Source: Candidatus Multivoradales bacterium
GTDB lineage: Bacteria; Acidobacteriota; Thermoanaerobaculia; Multivoradales; J023
Assembly (NCBI GenBank): GCA_965250305.1
Contig: CBDFNS010000019.1
Span: forward strand, 326,088-390,087
Length of the DNA stretch: 64,000 bases
Direction: 5' to 3'
Shown here: positions 43,657-53,980 of the stretch, piece by piece
Layout of the letters: every line of letters starts with the position of its first letter
How positions within the stretch are numbered: position 1 is the first letter of the stretch
Made by a program: the position numbers and the translations under genes
Notes under the pieces: model-generated
Told to the model about the DNA's origin: nothing
Database searches by the model: none
The model's input: the letters and a program-made list of their open reading frames with translations, nothing else

Positions 43657-44745
43657 ATGCGTCATCGCTACCGCTATCTCGATCCCGAGCTCATCCAAGC
43701 CATCCTCGCGGGTCTCGACCTCCAGCGGTTGTTTCAGCAACTCCTACTGGCCAGCGCTGGCGAGCCCGAAATCGCCCGTGAGTGGATGCAGCGGCTGCAG
43801 GACGAAGGCTACATCGATGACAGCGTCGATCTGGAGGCCTTCTTCGAGGCGCTCGAGGATCAACAGGCATTGGCGCGCGATTCGGAAGGCAGGCTTGGTT
43901 TGACCGCCGTTGGCGAGCGTCGGATCCGGCGCAGTGCCTTCGAGGAGGTCTTCGGTGGGCTCGAGCGTGGAGGACCTGGCTACCACCGCCTGGGCAGCGC
44001 GGGCCAAGGTGTGGAACGGCTCCCCGAAACGCGCCCCTATGCATTCGGTGACGAGCTCAATGACATCGATCCGTTTCGCTCACTTCACAATGCGTTGACG
44101 CGGACACAGGGCCGACTCGATTTGGCGGAAGAAGACCTCGAGGTCTTTGAGACCGAGCACTTGACATCGTGCGCCACGATCGTCGCGATCGACATCAGCC
44201 ATTCGATGGTGTTGTATGGCGAAGACCGGATCACGCCAGCGAAGAAGGTGGCGCTCGCGCTGACCGAGCTGATCACCACCAAATACCCCAAAGATCACCT
44301 GGGCGTAGTTCTGTTCGGCGACCGTGCGCGTCGTCTCGATCTCGCCGATCTCCCGTACGTCGATGCCGGGCCGTACCACACCAATACCCGCGAGGCGCTG
44401 CAGATGGCCCGCGGTCTGCTCGCCCGACAGAAGCAGCCGAACAAGCAGATCTTCCTCATTACCGATGGCAAGCCTTCGGCCATTACCGAGAACGGCACCG
44501 TCTACAAGAATCCGTTCGGACTCGACATGCGGATCGTCAATCGGACGTTGGAAGAAGCCGATCAGTGCCGAAGACAGAAGGTCGTGATCACCACGTTCAT
44601 GATCGCAACCGACCCGACCCTCACCGCCTTCGTCGAAAAGCTGACCCAAATCAACCGTGGCCGCGCCTATTTTGCCTCCCCATACAACCTCGGCGAGTTC
44701 ATTTTCGCCGATTACATCCGGAACCGCCGCAAGCGCGTCAAATAG
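43657..44745 (+). CDS. von Willebrand factor type A (VWA) domain protein, MoxR-partner type
   Basis: C-terminal VWA with a MIDAS-like motif (VAIDISHSM…LITDGKPS…). Confidence 0.65.
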   Translation: MRHRYRYLDPELIQAILAGLDLQRLFQQLLLASAGEPEIAREWMQRLQDEGYIDDSVDLEAFFEALEDQQALARDSEGRLGLTAVGERRIRRSAFEEVFGGLERGGPGYHRLGSAGQGVERLPETRPYAFGDELNDIDPFRSLHNALTRTQGRLDLAEEDLEVFETEHLTSCATIVAIDISHSMVLYGEDRITPAKKVALALTELITTKYPKDHLGVVLFGDRARRLDLADLPYVDAGPYHTNTREALQMARGLLARQKQPNKQIFLITDGKPSAITENGTVYKNPFGLDMRIVNRTLEEADQCRRQKVVITTFMIATDPTLTAFVEKLTQINRGRAYFASPYNLGEFIFADYIRNRRKRVK

Positions 44746-44784
44746 CGTCCGAGATTCAGGGTTCCGACCGAGGATAGAAACACC

Positions 44785-45432
44785 ATGCGTAAGGCAATGT
44801 TCATCTTGATCCCGATCACCATGGTCTTCCTGCTCCCTGGCATCGCGCTAGGCGAAGAGCCCGTTCGACGGATCAAACAATCCTACCTGCCGGACTCGGC
44901 TCGATTGGTCCATCTCGACCTGTCGTTCGGTGACATCGCCGTCGAAGGTTCAGACGGTGCCAACGTCGAGGCCGAGGTCGAGCTGTTTTGCAACCGCGAC
45001 AACGAGATGGCATGCCGCAACCGTTCGGACCGCCTGCGACTCGTGGCCCGTATCAAAGGCAAGAAACTCACGATCAAGACCAAGGGCACCCCGCGTGGAC
45101 GCTTGACCGGCATCCAGGCGCGCATGGTGGTACGTATCCCCAAGGATCTGGCGGTCGAGATCGACCTGCGCGCCGGAAATGTTGCGGTGACGGGCATGCG
45201 ATCGAGTGTCGAGATCGACGCGCCCTCGGGCGATGTCGAGATTGCTTATCCTCAACGCACTGTCGGCAAGGTCGCGCTCGACGTCGGTATTGGTTCGGCC
45301 AACCTGTGGCTGGCCGATGGCAGTCGCCTCAAGGGCGATGGCTTTCCTCGGACGGTCGACTGGCAGTCTGATGGCAGCGCCTTCATCAACGTCAACGTCG
45401 GCACCGGCGACATCGAAGTTCGGTTGCAGTAG
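44785..45432 (+). CDS. DUF4097-family beta-strand-repeat (putative adhesin) protein with signal peptide
   Basis: Signal peptide MRKAMFILIPITMVFLLPGIALG. Repeated G(D/N)(I/V)(E/A)V beta-strand motifs (GDIAVEG, GNVAVTG, GDVEIA, GDIEV). Confidence 0.6.
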   Translation: MRKAMFILIPITMVFLLPGIALGEEPVRRIKQSYLPDSARLVHLDLSFGDIAVEGSDGANVEAEVELFCNRDNEMACRNRSDRLRLVARIKGKKLTIKTKGTPRGRLTGIQARMVVRIPKDLAVEIDLRAGNVAVTGMRSSVEIDAPSGDVEIAYPQRTVGKVALDVGIGSANLWLADGSRLKGDGFPRTVDWQSDGSAFINVNVGTGDIEVRLQ

Positions 45433-45467
45433 CGACTGTGGTCGAAGCGCGGCAGCCCAGGTGATCC

Positions 45468-46790
45468 ATGTCGAGTGCTGCGCTGCCCCAATTCGGCCGT
45501 CTGGCCGCAGTCAACATTCTTGCAAATGTCACGGTGCCCTTGGCCGGGTTGGTGGATATCGCCATGCTCGGCCGACTCGACGACATTCGCTTCCTGGCCG
45601 GGGTCGCGCTCGGCAGCGTGGTCTTTGACTACATCTACTGGAACGCAGGTTTTCTGCGCATGGCAACAACCGGCGCGACGGCACAGGCCGTCGGCCGAGG
45701 GGACGCCGTCGCTTCGGTTCAGGTCTTGCACCGGACCCTCGCCTTGGCGCTTGCCGCCGGCTTCTTTTTGATTCTGCTGCGTGATCCGATTGGTGATCTG
45801 GCGCTCGAGGTGCTGGTTGGCGCCCCGGATGTCGAGACCGAGGCCCGCGCGTACTATGACGCGCGCATGCTCGGTGCCCCCGCCACCCTCCTCGGCTTGG
45901 TGTTCCTCGGTTGGTACCTGGGCCGGGCCGAGAGCCAGATCGCGTTGCTTCTCACCGTGGTCGCCAACGTGGCCAATATCGTCCTCAACTACGTCTTCAT
46001 CATGCGCCTCGATCTCGCAGCGCAGGGTGCGGGATTGGCCACCGCCCTCAGCCAATACCTCCTGCTGGGAGTCGCACTCATCTGCTACCGCTCACGGGTT
46101 CAGCGGGAATCGTGGAGCGGGTCAACACTGTTCGACCGTCCCGCCATCTTCGGCCTGCTCCGGCTGCACCGCGATCTCTTGCTGCGCACCCTTTGCCTGA
46201 CCACCGTATTTGCGCTGTTCACCAACATCAGTGCCGCTATGGGAACGGTGTGGCTGGCCGCCAACACGCTGCTGCTGCGGGTGGTCACCACCGCCGCCTT
46301 TCTGGTCGATGGTGTCGCCTACGCCACCGAAAGCCTCACGGGCATTCTGTATGGCCGCGGCGACGAGTCCGCTTTGGCCGCATTGCTGGCCAAGGCCAAA
46401 CGCGTCGGCCTCTTTTTCGCTTCCGTGGTCTTGATGGTGGTCCTGTTCGTTCCCGACCTCTTCTTCGGCCTGCTCACCTCTCACGAACCCGTGGTGGCGA
46501 CGGCGGTCGCGTTTCGGTGGTGGCTGCTACCGATTCTTCTTCTGGGGTCCCTAGCCTATATCTACGACGGCTATTTTCTCGGATTGACGGCTGCGATCAC
46601 GCTTCGCAACGCTATGGCCATCAGTTTCGGTTTCTTCTTGCCGCTCGCCGCCTTGGCAGTAGCTTGGAACAACGCCCATGTCCTGTGGGCTTCGCTGGCG
46701 ACCTTCATGGCAGTCCGCGTGGGACTTCTCCACCGTGCAAGTCACCAACACTTCGCAATCACCGACGACGGTGCCGAAGGCAGCTCATGA
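45468..46790 (+). CDS. MATE-family multidrug/toxic-compound efflux transporter
   Basis: 440 aa with 12 predicted TM segments. The N-terminal …ILANVTVPLAGLVDIAMLGRL… matches the DinF/NorM family. Confidence 0.85.
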   Translation: MSSAALPQFGRLAAVNILANVTVPLAGLVDIAMLGRLDDIRFLAGVALGSVVFDYIYWNAGFLRMATTGATAQAVGRGDAVASVQVLHRTLALALAAGFFLILLRDPIGDLALEVLVGAPDVETEARAYYDARMLGAPATLLGLVFLGWYLGRAESQIALLLTVVANVANIVLNYVFIMRLDLAAQGAGLATALSQYLLLGVALICYRSRVQRESWSGSTLFDRPAIFGLLRLHRDLLLRTLCLTTVFALFTNISAAMGTVWLAANTLLLRVVTTAAFLVDGVAYATESLTGILYGRGDESALAALLAKAKRVGLFFASVVLMVVLFVPDLFFGLLTSHEPVVATAVAFRWWLLPILLLGSLAYIYDGYFLGLTAAITLRNAMAISFGFFLPLAALAVAWNNAHVLWASLATFMAVRVGLLHRASHQHFAITDDGAEGSS

Positions 46791-47281
46791 CAACCGAACC
46801 ACCGCCCCTCCACGTCGCCCTCGTTGCACCCGAGATCCCATGGAATACGGGCAATGTCGGCCGTACCTGCGACGCCACCGGAAGCCACCTCCACCTGGTT
46901 CGTCCACTCGGCTTCTCGCTCGACGAGCGTCGGCTTCGGCGCGCGGGCCTCGATTACTGGCAGCGACTGGCTCCCGACGTCTGGCCCTCCCTCGATGCGT
47001 TCGAGGAGGCGCTACCCACCCTCGGCCAGCCGCTGTTCTTCTCCGCCGAGGGCGAGCGCTCACTTTGGGAGACTGATCTGACCATCCCGCGCATGTTGGT
47101 CTTCGGCAGCGAGTCCGCCGGTTTGCCAGGCCCTTTGCGAGCGGCCTACCCAGATCAACTGGTCAAGATACCCATGACCGGCCCTGCGCGTTCGCTGAAC
47201 CTCTCCACCGCGGCGGCAGTTGCCATCTACGAGGCCCTGCGCCAGCGCGATCGCGCTGCGCTCGGGCGGTTCGCGGACTGA
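46787..47281 (+). CDS. trmL: tRNA (cytidine/uridine-2'-O)-methyltransferase, SpoU/TrmL family
   Basis: MTTEPPPLHVALVAPEIPWNTGNVGRTCDATGSHLHLV… with SPOUT knot motifs (LVFGSESAGLP; IPMTGPARSLNLSTAAAVAIYEA). The start overlaps the MATE stop (ATGA). Confidence 0.8.
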   Translation: MTTEPPPLHVALVAPEIPWNTGNVGRTCDATGSHLHLVRPLGFSLDERRLRRAGLDYWQRLAPDVWPSLDAFEEALPTLGQPLFFSAEGERSLWETDLTIPRMLVFGSESAGLPGPLRAAYPDQLVKIPMTGPARSLNLSTAAAVAIYEALRQRDRAALGRFAD

Positions 47282-47688
47282 GGCGAAGCCTGAGAGGCGC
47301 CACGGCAATCGACGGGCTCTTGTTCACGACAATCGATGGTTGGGCGTGTCGGGAATCGGTTCTTTGAGGTTGGCAACCTTGTACTCGAGGTATTGGTTAT
47401 GTCTTGGATCGAGGGCGAGTGGATTTTCGAGTATTTTTCCTGGATGACGGGGACGAAGTCGTGGAGGGAGGCAACGGGCTGTAGCGGATAGGCGTCGAGG
47501 GGACGGTAGCTTCTCCTGGTAGCGGCAAGGAGCAATGCGACCCGTATGACTTCCATACTGGCGCCGTTGTCATGGAGCTGTTCTGCGAGGCGTTGATCGG
47601 CGGTCCGTATGCGCCCCCTCGTGCCGGGTGTTGCCTGGTAGAGGGCGAGGAGGTGTTGGATGAACTGGTTGCGGTCGAGTTTGCTCAT
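47227..47688 (-). CDS. hypothetical protein in a lower-GC segment; 4-bp ATGA overlap with an upstream small ORF
   Basis: The 153-aa ORF (MSKLDRNQFIQHLLALYQ…) and the upstream 47685..48092 ORF overlap by ATGA. Composition differs from the flanks. No family recognised, and alternative frames (for example 47737..48126 with a signal-peptide-like MARLRFLVVGLLLAAPPAPG) compete. Confidence 0.3.
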   Translation of the reverse strand: MSKLDRNQFIQHLLALYQATPGTRGRIRTADQRLAEQLHDNGASMEVIRVALLLAATRRSYRPLDAYPLQPVASLHDFVPVIQEKYSKIHSPSIQDITNTSSTRLPTSKNRFPTRPTIDCREQEPVDCRGASQASPQSANRPSAARSRWRRAS

Positions 47689-48265
47689 TGCTGGGTCAAG
47701 CGTTGCGGGTTGAAGACCTCGAAATAGAGCTCGGCGTCAATCTTTTCGAGCCGTCTGTGAGCCGCGACATCGAGTAGATCGTTGGCCATGTTTGCGAGGA
47801 TTCGCAGGTTTCCGGCAGAGATGTCCGATCTCGCGGTAGAAATCGCGTAGGCCGCTTTGAGGCCTGGCGAGGAGAATCGGCCGACGCCATTCGCCGCTCG
47901 GGTTACAATTTTGCGCGACCGGATCGCCCGTGATCGGATGAGGCCAGAGGGTCTTGGCGAGTAGGTCGAGCTCGCGACGCAGCTCTCCAGGGGCAGGCGG
48001 CGCAGCCAGTAGCAGACCGACGACCAGAAACCGCAAGCGGGCCATCGATCGAGGGTGATGCGAGATGACATTGGCCTCTCCAGACCCGCCACCGGTCATT
48101 CGGCAGCGAAGGCAGAAGCTATCCACACCTCCTGCGCCCGGGAAGACGCATCCTCTGCGGGTCCAGGGCGAAAATCATCGAGTTCGATCACCTGCGTCCA
48201 GGCTTGACACATCGCCCTCGAGCGTCGCGTTGGTAGACGTTTCCAAGTCGGAGGTGGACACCGAC

Positions 48266-48796
48266 ATGGATTGCGGACGTCGCCTCGATGCCCACAGGGA
48301 CAGGATTGCGTTCAGCATTTGCCACCCTTCGCTTTTGCGCCCCGTTGCCGCCTCCACGGGGTTATCCGGCGACCCGCGCCCATGTCCGCGTGGCCGTGGC
48401 GGACGCCTTCGTTGGCTCCGAGAGGGCGAGGGGATGACCCAAGAAGAATTGGCGCGAAGAATCGACGTTGATCCGTCGAGCTTGGCTCAGGCCGAAGATG
48501 GACTGAGCCTTCGGCAGGATGTCAACCAGAGAATCGAAGCGGTGCTCAAGCACGCTGCTAGCGGCTTGAAGCTGGTCGACTTCGAGTTGGAGCGAAAGCG
48601 AGTCCGGAACGGCTATCCGGCCGAGGTGGTGAGCTTGGGGGATCGGCTGCGGAAGCGGCGTCTTGACCTCGGGCTCTCAGTAGTTGAGGTTGCCGAGCTT
48701 CTTGGATGCCGCGAGCAGACCATATTGAACTGGGAGTTGCGAGGAAAGGCGATGTCGAGGGAGATACGGAAAAGGGTGGTCAGGTTCCCCGACTAG
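48266..48796 (+). CDS. XRE-family transcriptional regulator with two helix-turn-helix domains
   Basis: SD GGAGGTG lies 9 nt before the ATG at 48266. HTH-1 is LRWLREGEGMTQEELARRIDVDPSSLAQAEDG. HTH-2 is LGDRLRKRRLDLGLSVVEVAELLGCREQTILNWELRG. Confidence 0.55.
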   Translation: MDCGRRLDAHRDRIAFSICHPSLLRPVAASTGLSGDPRPCPRGRGGRLRWLREGEGMTQEELARRIDVDPSSLAQAEDGLSLRQDVNQRIEAVLKHAASGLKLVDFELERKRVRNGYPAEVVSLGDRLRKRRLDLGLSVVEVAELLGCREQTILNWELRGKAMSREIRKRVVRFPD

Positions 48797-49032
48797 ATTC
48801 GGCTTTGCCCATTCACAGCCAAGCCTCCCATTTCTTCTGGACCAGATTCCAGGTGAGCCCCTCAGTGTCGATCGGGGCAAATCGCACCAAACTTCACAGA
48901 TCTCCGATTTCCCCCATCCGTCGCCAAGGAGCAAGCCTCAGTGCCGCAAAAGTTAGGCAATCACGTCAAGCGGAAACGGTCGGCTATCGAGCGCGATTCG
49001 CCATGGACTTCGCGTCATGTCGGCCTTATCAT

Positions 49033-51483
49033 ATGGACAACATGCTTTGGCACGATTTACGGCTCAGTCTTCGGCGTCTGGTCAAGAACCCGGTCGCCAA
49101 TGCGGCAATTTGCCTATCCCTCGCTCTCGGGACCGGTATGACATCGGCGATCTTCAACATCATAAAAGCTGTCTTTGTCGACTCATTGTCGACCCTCGAA
49201 CGGCCGGACGAGCTGATCACCTTGAATGGCAGCGATACCACTACGCCGGGTGGCGTGCTGCCCATCTCATACGCGAACTACGAGGATCTGCGCGCCCACA
49301 ATCGCGATTCGATGGATCTCGCGGTCTTTCACTACAACCGGATCAATCTGGTCGACGGCGAGATTCCGCAGCGGGTGTTCGCGCAAACCGTGTCACGGCA
49401 CTATTTCGACCTGCTGGGTGTTCCTGCGGCGCTCGGGCGGGTATTCCATGCCGAGCAAGACGTGGCTGAGTCGGATCCGGTGGTGGTCTTGAACCACAGC
49501 CTGTGGACCTCGCGCTACGGTGCCGATCCAGCGATTCTGGGACACCAGATGCGCTTGAATGGTCAGCTCTTCACGGTGATCGGCGTCACCCCGGCTGGAT
49601 TCAAAGGCACGGCGACCTTCAATGGGCCGGATTTGTGGGTGCCGATCGACAACTTTGTGCAGCTGTACGGTACCGACGCACCCTTGCGGGATCGTTCACT
49701 GCGCGCGCTGTCGGTCTTCGGGCGCCGCGCACCTGGTATGTCGATGGCGCAGGCGGAAGCCAGCCTCCGGGTGGCGACCAGCCGACTCGTCCAGGACCAC
49801 GCCGCGATCAACGAGAATCGTCGATTCGACCTTCAGCCGCTGACCGAAACCGCGATCAACCCACAGATTCGTCACCTCTTCGTGCGCGGCAGTTGGATGG
49901 TGCTCGGCCTGTCGTCGCTGCTCTTGGTGATCGCGTGCGTCAACATGGCGAGCCTGCTCCTAGCACGCGCCAACACACGCAAGCGCGACATGGCGGTGCG
50001 CTTGGCGCTGGGCGCTGGCCGTGGTGCGATCGTCCGCCAACAATTGGTGGAAAGTGTGGTTCTCACCGGCCTCGGCGGGGCGCTCGGGCTGGTGGTTGCG
50101 TTTGTGTTGCCAACGTACCTATGGCGCTTTCGCCCTTCCTTCATGACCGACGATGCGCTGGCGCTCGGGGTCGATTCCGGTGTCGTGCTGTTCAGCATCC
50201 TGGTGGCCCTCGGCACGGGTGTGATCTTCGGCTTGATTCCGGCGCTTGGCGCCGCGCGCGCGGAGCTGGTGTCGGTGATCAAGGATCAAGCCACGTCTCC
50301 GATCGGCGCCAACCGCTGGTACAGCTGGCGCCATTTCGTGCTGCTGTTCCAGGTCGGCCTTTGTGTGGTGTCGCTCGTCGCAGCGGGACTGTTCTTGCGT
50401 AGCTGGTCGAACGCCCAGGCCCTCGATCTCGGCTTCGATCCCGACCATCTGGTCATCATGACCTTCGACACCGGTGCCCAAGGGCTCGACGAGGTGAGTG
50501 GACGGCAGTTCTTGCAGCGGCTGGCCGCCGATGTCGAGTCGAATCCGGCGATCGAGAAGGTGGTGTTCTCGTCGAACCGCCCGCTCAACCGCGGCGCGCT
50601 GTATACGCAGGTCGCGACGGAGACGCTGGCGCGCGACGAGTCCCCCCTCGTGAGGTTGAACACCGTCTGGTCCGGCTACTTCGAGACTCTCGACATCGAC
50701 CTGGTCGCAGGTCGCACCTTCACCGACGCAGATCGCGCTGACGCCGAGCCCGTGGTGGTCATCAACCAGGCCTTGGCCGAGCTGTTGTACGGCGAAGGCG
50801 ACGCTTTGGGCCGTGCGATCGACCTCGATCTGGGCACCGACACGGAGCATCGCGTGGTGGGGGTGGTGGCCAACAACAAGTACATCATGGTGACGGAAGA
50901 GCACATGCCTTGCGCGTTCTTGAGCACCCTTCAGTACGTGTCGCCAACCGTTACCCTTTACGCGGCGACGCGCAGCGCGCCAGAGCCTCTGGTGCAGCCG
51001 GTGCGTCAGGCGGTCCAGCGGCTCGATCCTCTGCTACCGATTTCCGAGGTCCGAACCTTGCGCCAGGAAGTCGATCGACGGCTTTGGGCGCCGCGCCTCG
51101 GTGCCTCACTGCTCGCTGTCATCGGTGTTCTCGCCCTGGTGCTGGCCATCATCGGCACCTACGGCACGGTAGCCTACTCGGTGAGTCAGCGGCGCTGGGA
51201 GATCAGCCTACGGATGGCGATGGGCGCCAACCGCTGGAAAGTCTTGCGCATGCTGCTACGCCAAGCGATGACGCCGGTGGGAATCGGCATCATGCTCGGC
51301 ACTGTTGCCGCCGCCTTCGTGGGTCGGGCCATGGCCGGCCTACTGTTCGGGCTGTCCGGGACCGACCCCATCGTGTTCATCACGGTGGGACTGTTGCTCG
51401 CCGTGACCGCGCTTGCCGCTACCCTGCTGGGCTCGCGGCAAGCGATGAGCGTCGAGCCGGCATCGGTGCTGCGGGAGCGGTGA
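49033..51483 (+). CDS. ABC transporter permease, duplicated FtsX/MacB-like (ADOP family)
   Basis: N-terminal MDNMLWHDLRLSLRRLVKNPVANAAICLSLALGTGMTSAIFNII is the typical ADOP start. Two MacB-periplasmic-core plus FtsX four-helix modules. ~816 aa. Confidence 0.8.
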   Translation: MDNMLWHDLRLSLRRLVKNPVANAAICLSLALGTGMTSAIFNIIKAVFVDSLSTLERPDELITLNGSDTTTPGGVLPISYANYEDLRAHNRDSMDLAVFHYNRINLVDGEIPQRVFAQTVSRHYFDLLGVPAALGRVFHAEQDVAESDPVVVLNHSLWTSRYGADPAILGHQMRLNGQLFTVIGVTPAGFKGTATFNGPDLWVPIDNFVQLYGTDAPLRDRSLRALSVFGRRAPGMSMAQAEASLRVATSRLVQDHAAINENRRFDLQPLTETAINPQIRHLFVRGSWMVLGLSSLLLVIACVNMASLLLARANTRKRDMAVRLALGAGRGAIVRQQLVESVVLTGLGGALGLVVAFVLPTYLWRFRPSFMTDDALALGVDSGVVLFSILVALGTGVIFGLIPALGAARAELVSVIKDQATSPIGANRWYSWRHFVLLFQVGLCVVSLVAAGLFLRSWSNAQALDLGFDPDHLVIMTFDTGAQGLDEVSGRQFLQRLAADVESNPAIEKVVFSSNRPLNRGALYTQVATETLARDESPLVRLNTVWSGYFETLDIDLVAGRTFTDADRADAEPVVVINQALAELLYGEGDALGRAIDLDLGTDTEHRVVGVVANNKYIMVTEEHMPCAFLSTLQYVSPTVTLYAATRSAPEPLVQPVRQAVQRLDPLLPISEVRTLRQEVDRRLWAPRLGASLLAVIGVLALVLAIIGTYGTVAYSVSQRRWEISLRMAMGANRWKVLRMLLRQAMTPVGIGIMLGTVAAAFVGRAMAGLLFGLSGTDPIVFITVGLLLAVTALAATLLGSRQAMSVEPASVLRER

Positions 51484-51515
51484 TCGCGTAGCCACCGGTC
51501 TCGCCGACAACAGCG

Positions 51516-53969
51516 CTACTCGGCGCGCAAGACATGGGCGGGCTGCACCCGCAGTGCTCGGCGAAGGGGCACTACGGTACCCACCAAAGCGCTCGCCAGC
51601 AGCAGAACGATCACCACACCAAAGGCCAAGGGCGAGCGGGCATCGGCAAGGTAGAGCATCGAGTCCAGAACGCGCACGGCGAAGAAGGTCAGCACGGCAC
51701 CAATCGCCAGACCGAGGCCGACGATCACCAGGGTTTGACTGAGCACATTGCGACGAATCTCGGCGTGGTTGGCGCCCAACGCCATCCGGATGCCAATCTC
51801 ACGACGCTGTGCCGCCACGCTGTAGGCCATGCAGCCGTAAATGCCGGTGGCCGACAAGAGCAGCGCCAGCCCCGCAAAGATGGTCACCAGTACAGCGCTC
51901 ATGCGCTGTGGCCACAGCGTGCCGAGCAGACGGCGCTGGATCCAGGTGCCGTTGGCCAACACGAGATTGGGATCAAGGCGTTGGAGCGTACCCTCCACTT
52001 CCTTGAGCGTGGCCAGCGGCATCGGGGTTTCAACGCCTGCGAAGATTACCGCCATCGGCAGAAAGACCTGTTCTCTGGGTCGATAAAAGTGGGGAGTTGG
52101 CCCCTCGTCAAGCCGATGGTAGATCGCATTGGCGGCCACCCCTACCACCTCGAGCGGTGTCGCGTCCGGCTCATCTACCAGGATTAGACGGCGACCGACT
52201 GGATCGCTTTCTCCCCATAGATACTCGGCAAGCGTTTCGTTGACAACCGCTACCGGGCGGGAATCCTCACGATCCGTCAAGTCAAATGCGCGACCTTTAC
52301 GGATCGGAATGCCGAGGGTCTCGAAATAGTCGTTCGAAACCACGTCCTGCCGGGTACCGATACCCGGCTCGCTCGACGACCGAGAGCCACCTTCCGCGCG
52401 AAGCTCATGAAAGATTCCGTTAGGTGCCAACGGTCGATTGGATCCGATCGCAACCGTTTCGACCCCGGGTAGCGTTTGTATCTCTTCGAGAGAACGACGG
52501 AAGAACTCACGCGAGCGAACGGGATCGTAGCCGAGATCGCGAAGGTTGAAGCCGGTCGAGATCAGTCGCTCGGCGGCAAATCCAGGGTTTGCTGCCAAGA
52601 AACCACGGAAATTCTGAATCAAAAGACCCGCGCTCACCAGGGATACGGCCGAGAGCGCAATCTGGCCGACGACCAGTAGATTGCGGGCGCTGTACCAACG
52701 GCCACCGCGTGAGTCTCCATCTCGCTCATAGAGATGGGTCATGAGATTTCTCGAGAAGATCTGCGAGGCCGGAGCCAGGCTAAAAATCAACCCCGCAAGG
52801 ATCGAGGCGCCCAATGTGAAGAGCAGAACGCGGTGATCCAATCTGGGGCTCAGGCTGGTGAGTTCGGTAAGGAAATTCGGCATGAGGGTCCAGAGAACAC
52901 TGCGTGTAGCGGTCGCGAGTAGCAACCCCACCAGACCGCCGGCGAGTGACAGTACAAGTGCCTCACAGATCAGCTGCCGCACGATGGTCCATCGTCCGGC
53001 CCCCATAGCCAAGCGAGTGGCGATCTCGCGACGACGCGCGGTCGCTTGGGCAAGCAGCAAGCTGGCGACGTTGCCGCAGGCGATCAGGAGCAGCAGCCCG
53101 ACGATCGCCATGAGCCACAAGCCGCTACGGGTCATACGATCCCAGTCGTTGATCCCGAGTGACGACTCTTGCAGAGGCTTGATGAGCACCTCGGAGTCTT
53201 CGTTGGCCGCCGGGTAAGACTTCCGCAAGGAGGCGTGGACCGCCTCGAGTGAGGCCTCGGCTTGACTGGCTGAAACACCGGGAGCCAGGCGACCTACAAT
53301 GTCGAAAATGCGCCAATCACGGGCCATCATGCGCGGTCCGAGATGCGAAACCTCACGAAAGGTTGCGATCGGGATCCAGGCTTCAACGTTGATGATCTTG
53401 TATGTGCCGTTGAAGCCGGCGTCCGCGACACCGATAATCTCGAAGGGTGTGCGGTTGATCTCGATGCGTTGGCCCACGATGGCGGGATCACCACCGAAGC
53501 GACGTTGCCACAACTGGTGGCTAATCACCACCACCGTGCGTCCGTCGGTGTCGGACTCTTCGAGCATGCGCCCCACAGAACTACCGACGCCTAGCATCTG
53601 AAAATAGCCTGGTGACACGAAAGCGCCAAAAATCCTTTCTGGGTTCGCGCCGGTTCCGCCAAAGGTAAAGTAGTCCACCCGGGTCGCTGAGATCGAGGAG
53701 AACCCGTCCACATGGTCCCGGACGTCTTCGAAATTGGGATAGGAGTGCGGCAAGAAGCCGGGGCCTTCATTCGATAGTCCCCAAACACCGACGAGCCTTC
53801 CGCTGCCTTTGATACCCATGTCGCCAAGGAAAGCGGTGTTGACAAGCGTGAAGATGGCCGTGTTGGGGCCAATGCCCATGGCCAGCGACAAGATGACCAC
53901 CAGACTCAGGCCAGGATGGCTGAGCAGGCGGCGAAGTGCGAAGCGTAGGTCTTGCTGTAACCGTTCCAC
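51516..53969 (-). CDS. ABC transporter permease, duplicated FtsX/MacB-like (ADOP family), convergent with the previous one
   Basis: MERLQQDLRFALRRLLSHPGLSLVVILSLAMGIGPNTAIFTLVN…. 817 aa. Same architecture as its neighbour. Confidence 0.8.
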   Translation of the reverse strand: MERLQQDLRFALRRLLSHPGLSLVVILSLAMGIGPNTAIFTLVNTAFLGDMGIKGSGRLVGVWGLSNEGPGFLPHSYPNFEDVRDHVDGFSSISATRVDYFTFGGTGANPERIFGAFVSPGYFQMLGVGSSVGRMLEESDTDGRTVVVISHQLWQRRFGGDPAIVGQRIEINRTPFEIIGVADAGFNGTYKIINVEAWIPIATFREVSHLGPRMMARDWRIFDIVGRLAPGVSASQAEASLEAVHASLRKSYPAANEDSEVLIKPLQESSLGINDWDRMTRSGLWLMAIVGLLLLIACGNVASLLLAQATARRREIATRLAMGAGRWTIVRQLICEALVLSLAGGLVGLLLATATRSVLWTLMPNFLTELTSLSPRLDHRVLLFTLGASILAGLIFSLAPASQIFSRNLMTHLYERDGDSRGGRWYSARNLLVVGQIALSAVSLVSAGLLIQNFRGFLAANPGFAAERLISTGFNLRDLGYDPVRSREFFRRSLEEIQTLPGVETVAIGSNRPLAPNGIFHELRAEGGSRSSSEPGIGTRQDVVSNDYFETLGIPIRKGRAFDLTDREDSRPVAVVNETLAEYLWGESDPVGRRLILVDEPDATPLEVVGVAANAIYHRLDEGPTPHFYRPREQVFLPMAVIFAGVETPMPLATLKEVEGTLQRLDPNLVLANGTWIQRRLLGTLWPQRMSAVLVTIFAGLALLLSATGIYGCMAYSVAAQRREIGIRMALGANHAEIRRNVLSQTLVIVGLGLAIGAVLTFFAVRVLDSMLYLADARSPLAFGVVIVLLLASALVGTVVPLRRALRVQPAHVLRAE

Positions 53970-53980
53970 GTCGAGTCCTC

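Noticed and set aside
50119-50904. 261-aa minus-strand ORF inside the first ADOP permease
   Set aside because: Antisense to a gene with clear FtsX architecture. His/Asp/Gly-rich shadow composition.
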